From Oikopleura dioica (Eukaryota; Animalia; Chordata): a stretch of DNA of 64,000 nt. Location: assembly GCA_907165135.1 (NCBI GenBank), contig OU015568.1:6386001-6450000 (forward strand), given 5' to 3'. The notes beneath the pieces were generated by a model. It saw only the letters and a program-made list of their open reading frames with translations. It was not told the origin of the DNA and did no database searches. The stretch's first letter is position 1. Every line of letters starts with the position of its first letter. Shown piece by piece: positions 62,601-64,000 of the stretch. The position numbers and the translations under genes are program-made.

Positions 62601-63949
62601 TCGTTGTCATCAACGCAAGCGTAGAATGGCGAAGTAGATTGCTCGTAGCAGGAGTATCCAACTGGGCAGAGACCAGCAGCGGAGCAGACCTTTGGTGGCG
62701 CAATCTCCAAGCAGAGGAATTTACCTTGGTTGGCGTGGACGTTGTGGCAAACTTCAGCTTCGGGGATACAGTTGTGAGTTCCTTTTTTGCATTCGTTCAC
62801 GTCCTGGCAGCCCTTCTTGCCTCGTTGCTTATCACCAAAGAAGTCGTTGGCGGTCATCGAGTTACCATTGCCGACGAGACCGTCCTTGCAGATACAGTCG
62901 TATCCTCGGAAAGCATCGCTGGGGACGCAGACAGCGTCGTGGTGACATTCGTGATTACCAGCGGCGCAATAGCTGTTTGGATCTGGCTCTGATGAGCAGT
63001 AGAATCCACCTGGCTGGTTAACGCAAGTTTGACCAACGCACTGGTGAGCTCCGGTCTTACACTCATCGATATCGACGCAACCCTTTGGTCCGTTTGGTCC
63101 GTAAGCGATCTCTTCGGAAGAGGTCAAGACCAAAGAACCGTCGGAGACGACGTACTGAGCATTTCCGTTACCCTTGTAGCCGCTGACGCACTCGCAGTCG
63201 TAACCTCGCTTTTTGGAAGCATCTGGGATGCAGATTGCCATCTCGTGGCATTCATGAGCACCAGCAGTGCAAACGTGGAAGGGATCTGGGAGAGCGGAGC
63301 AGACGAAGGAGCCGTAAGTGTTGACGCACTTCTGGCCGAGCTGGTTGCAAGTGTTGTAGACAGCGCACTCATCAACATCAGTACAGCCGGGCATGCCGAC
63401 TCCGGTGTCGTATTTGAAACCGTTGCCGCCGAAGCCTTCGAAGCACATGCAATCGTATCCTTTTTCGTTGTTGTCTGGGACGCAAGTAGCAGTGGAAACG
63501 CAAGCGTGAGTTCCATCGTAGCAAGCGGCCCCAATTGTTCGAGAACCGCCCTTGGTGGCCTTGCAGTGGTAGCTACCGACGGTGTTGATGCAAGCTTCGT
63601 TGTCGGTACAATCGTGTCGTCCAGTGAGACATTCGTTGACGTCCTCGCAGTGCTCGCCGTCACCGGTGTAACCGTTTCGGCAAGTACACTGGAAGCTGAA
63701 CGCTCCTCGTCGGAAAGTGCACACGGCATCTTCGTGGCAATTATGGGTACCAACGGCGCATCGTGAGGCTCGCTCAAAACCGAAGCTCAAATTCTGTATA
63801 CCAGCATTGGCACCGTTGCTGGCAGTCCCAGAGGCGCTTTGCCCCTAAATCAAGAAATTAGATTTCCGCTAAAGATTTATTCAATCTCTTAAAAATCTCT
63901 AACGAACCTGCACTCCTGCTAAAAATAGCAGTAAAGGGGAGGCCTTCAT
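53678..63949 (-). CDS. Giant secreted EGF / calcium-binding-EGF repeat protein (about 3300 aa)
   Basis: Exon 1 MKASPLLLFLAGVQ (63949-63908), a 63 nt intron, then one open exon 63844-54200 with dozens of D(V/I)DEC cbEGF-type and C-rich EGF repeats. Short 3' exons at about 54145-54083, 53962-53760 and 53718-53678. Confidence 0.9.
53962..54048. repeat. Intronic degenerate tandem repeat ((A/G)GAATCGTAATCGT unit)
   Basis: About five copies of aatcgtaatcgt with cagg/ctgg spacers. Confidence 0.75.
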
Positions 63950-64000
63950 GCGTGGAGTGGTTTTGCCTTGCTTCCGAGCTAGAGATCCGAGTTTATATGC

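Noticed and set aside
54590-63766. Many long ORFs (up to 539 aa) antisense or out of frame within the giant EGF exon
   Set aside because: By-product of repetitive, codon-biased Cys/Asp/Gly coding; low-complexity Ser/Val/Ala translations.
1-64000. rRNA, SL RNA, snRNA or known miRNA genes
   Set aside because: None recognised by eye; an Rfam/Infernal scan would be needed to exclude divergent copies.

Overview
Compact, gene-dense eukaryotic DNA, most likely from an appendicularian tunicate such as Oikopleura. This is an inference from a connexin (chordate-restricted), many 40-70 nt introns, and long same-strand gene runs with an AG acceptor just before each ATG (operon and SL trans-splicing style). 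Genes from left to right: a divergent 7TM/GPCR-like gene; a secreted protein of four catalytically dead trypsin-like domains; a connexin; a 'headless' laminin-beta-like gene; an ~8 kb gene-poor stretch; tRNA-Leu(CAA); cdc25; a minus-strand run (RAD51D-like, SDHA, two SERHL-like hydrolases, C2H2 zinc-finger gene); a plus-strand run (coiled-coil gene, UBR1/2, chimeric gene, DDX42, wntless, small ORF, RPAP1); ASPG; and a ~3300 aa secreted EGF-repeat protein. The strongest hunt results are: (1) a 1.38 kb hAT-type element (15 bp TIRs, 8 bp TSD) in a coding exon, whose TIRs supply a splice donor and acceptor that would remove it in frame, leaving 7 extra residues; (2) a young chimeric gene whose first exon joins the first and last parts of the neighbouring DDX42; (3) a RAD51D-like paralog missed by the ORF track, with a destroyed Walker A; (4) the laminin-beta coiled-coil-only protein; (5) an EGF / 4-Cys-cbEGF alternating repeat encoded in one 9.6 kb exon. 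All gene models were read by eye and need RNA evidence.
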